64,000 nucleotides of DNA from Verrucomicrobiota bacterium (GTDB taxonomy: Bacteria; Verrucomicrobiota; Verrucomicrobiia; Limisphaerales; AAA164-E04). A model generated the notes under the pieces. The model was not told the DNA's origin and made no database searches. It saw only the letters and a list, made by a program, of their open reading frames with translations. Position numbers and translations under genes: made by a program. Where the stretch lies: NCBI GenBank assembly GCA_047947115.1, contig CP170459.1, forward strand, positions 2,752,001 through 2,816,000, written 5' to 3'. Below are positions 38,786 through 46,703 of this stretch, in pieces (positions within the stretch are counted from its first letter, which is position 1; every line of letters starts with the position of its first letter).

Positions 38786-38809
38786 GGTAAATCCTGCTTA
38801 AAACCGAGA

Positions 38810-40342
38810 TTATTGGTATGTTCCGGAGAACTCTTCAACCGCCGCCTTAAGATTGGCTGACAGCTCGTCCGAAAGGGCCTTTTCGGCAACAATGCGCTTG
38901 AGCAGGTCTTCCTTGCGGGTGGTCAGATAGTCCGTGAGTTTTTCCTGGAAGTCTTTGACCTTCTCGACGGGCACCTTGTCGAAGTGTCCGTTTTGGACCG
39001 CCCAAAGAACGGCCACCTGCACTTCAACGGGTTGTGGGTTGTATTGAGGCTGTTTGAAGACTTCCACAATGCGTTTTCCACGTTCCAGCTGAGCTTGGGT
39101 TTTTGCATCCAGATCAGAACCAAACTGGGCAAAAGCGGCCAGTTCACGGAATTGGGCCAGTTCCAGTTTGATACGGCCGGAAACCTGTTTCATGGCCTTG
39201 ATTTGAGCGGCCGAACCCACGCGTGACACCGATAGACCCACCGAAATAGCGGGGCGGATGCCCTGATAGAACAAGTCTGTTTCCAGATAAATCTGACCGT
39301 CGGTGATCGAAATCACATTGGTGGGAATGTAAGCGGATACGTCGCCTGCCTGGGTCTCAATGATCGGCAGCGCTGTCAGTGATCCGTTCCCGTAGTTTTC
39401 GTTCACACGAGCCGAACGCTCCAGTAGGCGGCTGTGCAGGTAGAAAACGTCACCAGGATAAGCTTCACGACCCGAAGGGCGTTTCAGAACGAGGGATACC
39501 TGACGGTAGGCAACGGCGTGCTTGGATAAATCATCATAAATGATCAAAGCATCCATGGCGTTGTCCATGAACCACTCACCCATGGCACATCCGGAGAACG
39601 GCACTAGGTATTGGTTGGTTGCCGAATCTGATGCAGATGCCGCCACAACGATGGTGTAGGGCAAAGCGCCTTCTTGTTCGAGTGTGTTGATGACCTGGGC
39701 GATGTTGGATTGCTTTTGACCAACTGCTACATAAATACAATAGAGAGGACGGTAGTCCTTGTCCCCGGCCTCTTCGGCAGCTTTGTTCTGGCGTGCCTGG
39801 GCGATGATGGTGTCGATACCGATCGTTGTTTTACCAGTGGAACGGTCCCCGATGATCAACTCACGCTGACCTCGTCCGATCGGAATCATCGCATCCACGG
39901 CCATGATACCCGTCTGCACAGGTTGGGTCACCGCCTTACGTGTCACGATACCTGGAGCGATCTTTTCAACAGGGTAGTAAACGTCACTGTCGATGGGGCC
40001 TTTGCCGTCCAGTGGTTGTCCCAAGGCATTGACCACACGTCCAAGCAAGCCCTTACCGACGGGGACCTGCAGGAGTTTGCCGGTGGTTTTGACTTCGGCG
40101 CCTTCTTTGATCTGGGTGTATTCACCGAGGATGATGGCGCCGACCTCGGTTTCTTCGAGGTTCAACGCAAGACCGGTGATACCGTTGCCAAAGTCAAGCA
40201 TCTCGTTGAGCATGCAATCGGTCAGGCCTTCGATTTTGGCCACACCGTCACTGATTTCACGTACGACGCCGACATTTTCCTTGGCGACGCTTTGCTTGGC
40301 GCCTGAGATTTGGGCTTCAATTTCCTGTACTAAGTTGCTCAT
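38810..40342 (-). CDS. atpA: ATP synthase F1 alpha subunit
   Basis: [49 protein letters not shown]. Confidence 0.98.
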   Translation of the reverse strand: MSNLVQEIEAQISGAKQSVAKENVGVVREISDGVAKIEGLTDCMLNEMLDFGNGITGLALNLEETEVGAIILGEYTQIKEGAEVKTTGKLLQVPVGKGLLGRVVNALGQPLDGKGPIDSDVYYPVEKIAPGIVTRKAVTQPVQTGIMAVDAMIPIGRGQRELIIGDRSTGKTTIGIDTIIAQARQNKAAEEAGDKDYRPLYCIYVAVGQKQSNIAQVINTLEQEGALPYTIVVAASASDSATNQYLVPFSGCAMGEWFMDNAMDALIIYDDLSKHAVAYRQVSLVLKRPSGREAYPGDVFYLHSRLLERSARVNENYGNGSLTALPIIETQAGDVSAYIPTNVISITDGQIYLETDLFYQGIRPAISVGLSVSRVGSAAQIKAMKQVSGRIKLELAQFRELAAFAQFGSDLDAKTQAQLERGKRIVEVFKQPQYNPQPVEVQVAVLWAVQNGHFDKVPVEKVKDFQEKLTDYLTTRKEDLLKRIVAEKALSDELSANLKAAVEEFSGTYQ

Positions 40343-40405
40343 AGGGTTTTAGAAAAGATCGATATTTAAAATGGTTATTGGGTCAACAGTGGTTCGGTAT
40401 TTGGG

Positions 40406-40807
40406 TCAGGATGCGCTGAAAGAATCTCCCAGGCGTGCGAGCCGGCTCCGGATGCTTCCGTCGTAAACATCGCTGCCTACTTGAACACGGAGACCGCCAA
40501 TCAGGTCGGGGTTGACGTTGAAACTCACTTCCAAAGCGTTTCCGTATTTGGCGGAAAGCTGCTGCTGAATGGATTGCTTGGCGCTTTCGTCCAGTGCCGT
40601 CGCGGACTCTACCCGTGCCGTGCGGTTTTGGATGTCGGTTTTGACCAAGCGCAAGAAGTGGTTGAGAATACCGATATAACCCCGGGGTTTACCTTTGACC
40701 ACGGCATTGACCGCCTGTTTCACACGGTCTTCCTGCAGCAGGCCGTCTTGCAGGCATGCTCTGAAGAGCGTCTTTGCATCGCGGCGCGCTTGTTTCGAGA
40801 TCTTCAT
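40406..40807 (-). CDS. atpH: ATP synthase F1 delta subunit (short form)
   Basis: ARVESA..L, NPDLIGGLRVQVGSDVYDGSIR; position between atpF and atpA. Confidence 0.92.
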   Translation of the reverse strand: MKISKQARRDAKTLFRACLQDGLLQEDRVKQAVNAVVKGKPRGYIGILNHFLRLVKTDIQNRTARVESATALDESAKQSIQQQLSAKYGNALEVSFNVNPDLIGGLRVQVGSDVYDGSIRSRLARLGDSFSAS

Positions 40808-40846
40808 GCGATGAGTAGGGAATTGTTAACTATCATTGACTCGGGT

Positions 40847-41428
40847 TCAGGCGGCGATTTGTTTGTTGGCTTCCTCGACCAAACGTTTTTGATCTTCGTC
40901 GGTCAGGATCTTGCCGGCCACCATGGCAGTTGTTTGGACCACCATCCTGCCGACCTCGCTTTTCAGTTCGGCCAACATGCGTTCGTGATCAGCCTGGGCT
41001 GCTTCGCGGGCCTTGGCAATGATCTGTTCGGCCTGGCTGATGGCTTTCTGTGTTTCCTGGTCTTTTACTTTGGCCGCAGCGGAGCGCGCTTCTTCGATCA
41101 ATTGGTTTGCCTGGGTGTTGGCTTTTTCCATGATCTGCTTGCGGGCTGCTTCCGCTTCCGCGAGTTCGGTTTTGATTTTTTCGGCGTTTGCAAGGCTCTC
41201 CTCGATGCGCTTGTGGCGATCTTCCAGGAGTTGAAGGATTGGTTTGTAGGCAAACTTATTGAGTGCAAAAACCACTATGGCAAACACGATCACCTGAGAG
41301 ATGAATAAATTGCCATGCCAACCAAATTGACGTGTGATTTCCCCAAGGGGTCCTTCTTCTGCGGCGGCCGCCGCCAACATGTAGTACGGTGTCATAAAAT
41401 TTAAATTCAGCAACAATTCGCTATTCAT
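40847..41428 (-). CDS. atpF: ATP synthase F0 b subunit
   Basis: Single TM helix, FAYKPILQLLEDR, coiled coil; operon position; exact start uncertain. Confidence 0.93.
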   Translation of the reverse strand: MNSELLLNLNFMTPYYMLAAAAAEEGPLGEITRQFGWHGNLFISQVIVFAIVVFALNKFAYKPILQLLEDRHKRIEESLANAEKIKTELAEAEAARKQIMEKANTQANQLIEEARSAAAKVKDQETQKAISQAEQIIAKAREAAQADHERMLAELKSEVGRMVVQTTAMVAGKILTDEDQKRLVEEANKQIAA

Positions 41429-41470
41429 AATCCCGGCTTGACCTGAGTCAAACCGGGCAAGCTTTTATCC

Positions 41471-41686
41471 TTACTTGGCAAGGAAGATGGCGAAGAAGGT
41501 AATCCCTTCAGCCAATGCAGCCAGAATGATGGAAATAACCATGATCTGGGTGGAAGCACCGGGGTTACGTCCGGTGGCATCTGCAGCTTTTGCACCAATG
41601 AATCCCACGCCAAGGGCGGATCCGAGTGCGGCGATACCGACGTGAATGCTGCCGGATATTTCAGCCAAGAATGGCAATAATGACAT
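41471..41686 (-). CDS. atpE: ATP synthase F0 c subunit (H+-type signature)
   Basis: Helical hairpin with GRNP loop and ALAEG carboxylate; no ES/ET Na+ motif. Confidence 0.95.
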   Translation of the reverse strand: MSLLPFLAEISGSIHVGIAALGSALGVGFIGAKAADATGRNPGASTQIMVISIILAALAEGITFFAIFLAK

Positions 41687-41784
41687 GTTGCTGTCCTTTC
41701 TCTTCGTTTATGTTTGATGTTGTTCTGACAACCGTCGCTGTCTTGCTACGAACCGATTGCCAAATTCTTTGTCCATGGAAGCAC

Positions 41785-42747
41785 TTAGTGAGCGCTGCCG
41801 TGATCTTCGTCATGGTGCTGGCAGATCAACAGGGTGAACACTGCCGTTAAGAGCATGAATACCAGTGCCTGCACGAATCCGACCAGAAGCTCCAGGAAGT
41901 AAAAGGGGATGGGAATCAACCACCCCAGGCTTGGAACGATCATTAGCATGGATTCCAGGATGTTTTCACCGGCAAACACGTTGCCGTAGAGACGAAAGCT
42001 GAGTGCAACCGGGCGGAAAATAATGGAGACCACTTCCAGAATGCCGACTGCAAAGAAGATCAGAATCATGAAGATCTTCATGAATCCGGATCCTCCACCC
42101 TTGTTACCGAAAATATGATTGAAGAAACCTCCGATCCCATTGGCTTTAATGGCCCAGACGGTCCAGAGAAAGAAGAAAGCAAGCGCCATGGCTGTGGTCA
42201 TGTTCAAATCGGCCTGGCCGCCGCGCAACCATGGTTCGAAATGCCCATCCGAAGTCTCCCATCCGACGGTTCCCACACCTGGGATCAAACCGAACCAGTT
42301 GGTGGCCAGAATGAATATAAAGAGGGAAGCGAAAAACCAGAATGTCTGCTTGACCAGATCGCGTCCCATGATGCCTTCCAGGAATCCAAACAAGGTTTCC
42401 ACGATCCATTCGAAGAAATTCTGAGCTCCGGTGGGGACTTCCTTGATATTCTTTGTTGCCATTTGGGCGAGGAAAATCAGCAGAGCGGCCACGATGATGG
42501 TGGCGACCATCGAATTGGTGATCTGGAGAGGGCCCAAGTTGAAAACCGGCACGGCAGCAGGAGGAAGGCCGTGGTGTTCGCCTTCGGCATGTTCTTCTCC
42601 GTGAGCAGCTTCGCTTCCCTTCAGGGCTTCGATGGCATGCTCCGCAGCGTCTTCCGCTGTAGCATGACCAGTGTCGGCAGCCTGCATTGTGAAAGGAAAC
42701 AATGCCAAACAGATCCAAAGAGTTGCAAGTTTGCTCAAAAATTTCAT
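41785..42747 (-). CDS. atpB: ATP synthase F0 a subunit
   Basis: QNFFE, NWFGLIPG, ADLN, RPVALSFRLYGNVFAGE, ELLVGFVQALVF. Confidence 0.96.
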   Translation of the reverse strand: MKFLSKLATLWICLALFPFTMQAADTGHATAEDAAEHAIEALKGSEAAHGEEHAEGEHHGLPPAAVPVFNLGPLQITNSMVATIIVAALLIFLAQMATKNIKEVPTGAQNFFEWIVETLFGFLEGIMGRDLVKQTFWFFASLFIFILATNWFGLIPGVGTVGWETSDGHFEPWLRGGQADLNMTTAMALAFFFLWTVWAIKANGIGGFFNHIFGNKGGGSGFMKIFMILIFFAVGILEVVSIIFRPVALSFRLYGNVFAGENILESMLMIVPSLGWLIPIPFYFLELLVGFVQALVFMLLTAVFTLLICQHHDEDHGSAH

Positions 42748-42826
42748 GAAATCGACCGATGCAATGGTTTTGTCACGTGATTCACCGCTGTGCGAATCAC
42801 TGAAAAATCGGCCCCGAGCCTATATA

Positions 42827-42844
42827 TCGTGAAATTTTTCACAA
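42827..42844 (-). promoter_or_regulatory. Rex-like operator overlapping a candidate atp promoter
   Basis: Minus strand TTGTGAAAAATTTCACGA, one mismatch to TTGTGAANNNNTTCACAA; TTGTGA-16-TAGGCT could be the -35/-10. Confidence 0.55.
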
Positions 42845-43546
42845 GCATTTTTTTGGGATATTTCAAGTGACTTTTCAGTGGGAGGGGGGCGGTCGGCTGG
42901 AATCAATCTGCTTGCCGCAGGTTTTAATGGAGTGATACCTGGTTTTGTGTGGTGCTAACGAATACTTGTTTAAATGGGTTAATTAAAAAAAGTTTGCTCT
43001 GCAACGTCGTCGTGATTTTTGGCTGATGATTTGTCAAACGTTGCCAATTGTTCGCCGTGATACTCGGGTTAGCGCCGCAAAAAAAAGCATCCTTCATATC
43101 TGAGTTTCTGTTGCGAAGGAACCCATGCAGCCGAAGTTCCAATGTTTTCTGGCACAAGCAGAGCGGGGATTGTTTCTTCAAACGCCCAGGCTTGAACTCC
43201 TTCTGAAGGTCGGGTTTGAATGGCAATTTGAACGGCTGAAAGTATTTCCGTTGGGCATCATACCCACCCTTAAGCTTCTGGCCGACAGAGAAACCGCCGA
43301 CGTGAAAGAAATCACCATTACAGTCAGGCCAACCATGAGCGAGTGAACGAAAAATGATCCTTCATATTTTTGAGCACAATCATGGCGGAATAAGTGTGTG
43401 AGTTGAAATAACCTTGGATTATTCCTGGGAACGTAACCTGGATACCTGAAAATGAAAATCGATGTTTTGATCCTCTTTGCTTTGGACGGAACTTATGAAT
43501 CTGTTAACCGATTCATCGAGTGATGGGTTCCTTTTGATTTACCTTT

Positions 43547-43627
43547 TCGAGGGATGCCTTGGTCTTGCTTGACGGTGGTTTGAGACTGGCCTGACCGGCG
43601 AACCATAGTCCCAACACGGTGGTTGGC
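43547..43627. repeat. Direct repeat copy 1: displaced duplicate of the 3' end of the flippase-like gene
   Basis: 76/81 nt identical to 44411-44491 by manual alignment. Confidence 0.95.
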
Positions 43628-43652
43628 TACGTGTTCTCCAGGAATAGGTTGC

Positions 43653-44084
43653 CTAGCTTTCTATAAGCTCAGTCACTTCACTGTGAATCTTTGCCAAAGC
43701 CTTATCCAAGGTTGCCAGTCGGCCTCCATGGAGCTCAGCAAGCGCTGCCAGATATGCGTCCGTGATTCCTGAGTGACCTTTTGCTTGAGAGATTATTGTA
43801 AATAACTTGCGATTGGACATGCCATCTTGAGGTTCTGCCCAAAAGCGATGATCCTTGCGTTTGATCATCGTGGATAGAGAGATTCTTGCGATGTCCGGCG
43901 TGGTAGGATTATTTGTGAATTTCGGATGGCAGCTGATGCGTATGAATCCCAGCTGCGTCAGCAGACATGTTGCCCAAGTGATTTGTTTGTGTTGGCTCCA
44001 CCATTGATGAACGCACTGGTGATGTGTGTGATCGGGCCAAGCCAAAGCCAAAAGGACATTGACATCAAGCAGGTAGGTCTTCAT
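43653..44084 (-). CDS. vapC: PIN-domain toxin, VapC family
   Basis: YLLDVNVLLAL, TQLGFIR, TDAYLAALA, RLATLD. Confidence 0.92.
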   Translation of the reverse strand: MKTYLLDVNVLLALAWPDHTHHQCVHQWWSQHKQITWATCLLTQLGFIRISCHPKFTNNPTTPDIARISLSTMIKRKDHRFWAEPQDGMSNRKLFTIISQAKGHSGITDAYLAALAELHGGRLATLDKALAKIHSEVTELIES

Positions 44085-44307
44085 CGGCCATTAATTCTTG
44101 CACAGTTTCCAGTGTCATGGTTTCAGGAGCTTCAGATCTGGAAAAGATTGGAAATCCGTTTCGAGTCGACTCGATGCTTGCACGATTGCTTTCCAAACCT
44201 TTCAGCGCCAGTCTTGAGATAATACTTCCTATGGATTCCTTTGAACGTGCAGCAACCCCCCTTGCAAAAGCAAGTAACGATGGGTCAATATCGATGGTCG
44301 TTCGCAT
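44065..44307 (-). CDS. vapB: Antitoxin, VapB/CopG-like ribbon-helix-helix
   Basis: MRTTIDID..L, RNGFPIF; overlaps the toxin start by 20 nt. Confidence 0.88.
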   Translation of the reverse strand: MRTTIDIDPSLLAFARGVAARSKESIGSIISRLALKGLESNRASIESTRNGFPIFSRSEAPETMTLETVQELMADEDLPA

Positions 44308-44312
44308 ATACT

Positions 44313-44358
44313 CAGCATGACATATGATGTGCTGATGTCAACGCATCATATGTTGCTG
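44313..44358 (-). promoter_or_regulatory. vapBC promoter with inverted-repeat operator, probably leaderless
   Basis: Minus strand TTGACA (44341-36)-16 nt-CATGCT (44319-14), then 6 nt to ATG; ACATATGATG/CATCATATGT arms flank the -35. Confidence 0.65.
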
Positions 44359-44397
44359 GGTACAAGTATGCCTCTCGTAGTTTGTTTTTGAAGTTTC

Positions 44398-45444
44398 TTA
44401 CTGCTCGTTCTCGAGGGATGCCATGGCCTGGCTTGACGGTGGTTTGAGGCTGGCCTGACCGGCGAACCATAGTCCCAACACGGTGGTGGGCAGGAAGAAG
44501 ATCAGGTGCATGACCAATCCATATGCCAAGGCGATTTCTTTGGACGGATGGATGTTGAGCACGGCAAAACCGAATATGATACCTGCCTCATAGAGGCCCC
44601 AATACCCTGGTGCTGCGGGAATCATGACAGCAAGCGATTCAATGACCATGAGGGCAATCGCCTGCATCAAAGTGATGGACACCCCATCAAACCCCCATCC
44701 CAGAGTCTGTGCCGCCAGGGAACTGATGACCCATATCAAAACTGAGTAAGAAAGGATCAGCAGAAATCGCCCCGGATGCTTAACAGCGTGGAATCCCCGG
44801 ATCACATCTTCCAATCCATGTTCGATGGCATGATGTATGCGTTCCGGCAGGGGGAGAATGCCTAGGAAGTGAATCAGTTTTCTGCGAACCGCTGGAATCA
44901 TCAGAAGCATCAGCATCCCAATCAACACACATGAACCAATAATGACCTTTTGCATCAGGGGCTCCAGCATCTCTCCACGCAGTTGGAAACCTCCGAACTC
45001 ACGCGTCATTTCCGGATCAATAGGGGGAATGAAGGCCATGGACACCACAAACAGCAGGATAATGGTCACTCCATCGAAAACGCGTTCCGTCACAATGGTG
45101 CCCAGTGCGACAGGGACACCAGTTTTTTCATGCTTGCCGACGTAGATGGCACGCATGAACTCTCCCACGCGTCCGGATGGCAATACGTTGTTGAATGCGA
45201 AACCAACCATGGTTGGTTTGAATAGCCGGTGGGCTGCCACGGGGTGTTCTTTGGGAAAGAGTAGTGCCCATCGAATGGCTCTCAAATAAATGGCAGCATA
45301 AAAGATGGCAATGGTTACCAATAACCAAAGCGGGTGAACTTGGGTGATGGCGTCCCATAGTGCTTTCCAATCCAAGTTTTGCAGGATCAGAACACAGCAA
45401 GCCAGTGAGACGAGCAATCCAAGGTAAACCGCAGTTTTTTTCAT
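44398..45444 (-). CDS. Lysylphosphatidylglycerol synthase TM / flippase-like membrane protein
   Basis: LRAIRW, GFAFNNVLPSGRVGEFMR, ERVFD, IPAAPGYWGLYE; start MKKTAVY at 45444 overlaps the GT4 stop (TGATG). Confidence 0.88.
   Translation of the reverse strand: MKKTAVYLGLLVSLACCVLILQNLDWKALWDAITQVHPLWLLVTIAIFYAAIYLRAIRWALLFPKEHPVAAHRLFKPTMVGFAFNNVLPSGRVGEFMRAIYVGKHEKTGVPVALGTIVTERVFDGVTIILLFVVSMAFIPPIDPEMTREFGGFQLRGEMLEPLMQKVIIGSCVLIGMLMLLMIPAVRRKLIHFLGILPLPERIHHAIEHGLEDVIRGFHAVKHPGRFLLILSYSVLIWVISSLAAQTLGWGFDGVSITLMQAIALMVIESLAVMIPAAPGYWGLYEAGIIFGFAVLNIHPSKEIALAYGLVMHLIFFLPTTVLGLWFAGQASLKPPSSQAMASLENEQ
44411..44491. repeat. Direct repeat copy 2, inside the 3' end of the flippase-like CDS
   Basis: Matches 43547-43627 at an offset of 864 nt. 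Confidence 0.95.
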
Positions 45445-46550
45445 CAGTGTTGGCATCCTCTCAACGCCATCGATTCCAGCCAATCACAGGCTTGCGGCAG
45501 CACATGGTCCCAATGGAAAGCCTTGGAACGTGTCCAGGCTTCCTTGCGGTAAGTTTGATAAAGTTGCGGTTGTGACATAAGCCATTCGATTTCATTGGCC
45601 AGTGCGGCGGGCGTTTCTTCCTTTGAAACCCGTCCGGTCTGGCCGTGTTGTGTGGATTCCGTCAGTCCGGGAACCGGGTAAACCACCGAGGGGGTTCCCA
45701 TGGCATTTGCCTCGATGACATTCAGTCCCCAACCCTCGCGCACGGATGTATGCAACAACAAATGGGATTTTGCCAGCCATTCATCTTTTTCTTTTTCGCT
45801 GACACTGCCCGTGAAATGGACGTGTTCACTCAGGGCTAGTTCCCGAACCAGGCTTTCGAGGCGTGTCGTTTCCTCCCCGCTACCCACAATGGTCAGGCGC
45901 GCATGCACGTCATCGGATCTGAGGCATTTCACAGTGTGGATGGCGTGGTCGATGCGTTTGTTGGGAGCCAGTCGTGAAACCGTGATGAGTTGAATGGGGG
46001 ATTCCAAGGCTTTTTCAGGCAACTCCGGCAGCGCTTGTGTGTGCACGCCGTAAGGTATCCGCTTGATCTGCCGGATGCCATGCGCACGCAGGGCAAGTTC
46101 GGTTTCTTTGCAGGAAGTCCAGAATGGGATGTTTCGGTAAAGCCAATGGGTCCATCGTTCCTGGGTTTGCCCGATTTTATCCAGTGGCCATCGATAAAAC
46201 GAGGACCAGATGGGGCCCAGCACTTCGTGTATGAACGAGACGCAGTTTGTTTGAGCCCACCAGGGAGCGAACCAGGGGATGCCGTGGTGTTGATCGATGA
46301 CGAGGTCAAAGGCTGCTTGGGATTGATACCAGCGGTTGGCTGCCACGATGGATGTTCCCAAACCGCCGCCCCTGACGATCTGGACGCCCTCCAAATCTGT
46401 CATTTTGGAGCAACCTTTGTAAGCATTGGCAAACCAATAAACTTCATGACCTCTTGCAACCAAAGCGGAAAGGTAACCCAGAGAAACACGCTCCGCCCCG
46501 CCGGAAGCGGGGTTCTCCGGGTCTCGCCAATTGAGCATCAGGAATCTCAT
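45444..46550 (-). CDS. Glycosyltransferase family 4
   Basis: NWRDPENPASGGAE, SRLAPNKR, EGWGLNVIEANAMGTP. Confidence 0.92.
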   Translation of the reverse strand: MRFLMLNWRDPENPASGGAERVSLGYLSALVARGHEVYWFANAYKGCSKMTDLEGVQIVRGGGLGTSIVAANRWYQSQAAFDLVIDQHHGIPWFAPWWAQTNCVSFIHEVLGPIWSSFYRWPLDKIGQTQERWTHWLYRNIPFWTSCKETELALRAHGIRQIKRIPYGVHTQALPELPEKALESPIQLITVSRLAPNKRIDHAIHTVKCLRSDDVHARLTIVGSGEETTRLESLVRELALSEHVHFTGSVSEKEKDEWLAKSHLLLHTSVREGWGLNVIEANAMGTPSVVYPVPGLTESTQHGQTGRVSKEETPAALANEIEWLMSQPQLYQTYRKEAWTRSKAFHWDHVLPQACDWLESMALRGCQH

Positions 46551-46703
46551 TCGTGTAAAGCTGGGCCTTTCGCCTTTTGATTTTTGTCACGTGGCGACAT
46601 CCTGGCCACGCCGGTAACTTAACGAGTTGTCTCTACGAAATCGATCACGGAATTTACCCTTTACACTGCCAGTTTCAGACACCACATTGAGCAGCTTTGA
46701 ACA

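Noticed and set aside
41471..41686. Na+-translocating ATP synthase or N-ATPase
   Set aside because: The c subunit has EG rather than ES/ET and lacks the Gln ligand; gene order is not the N-ATPase order.
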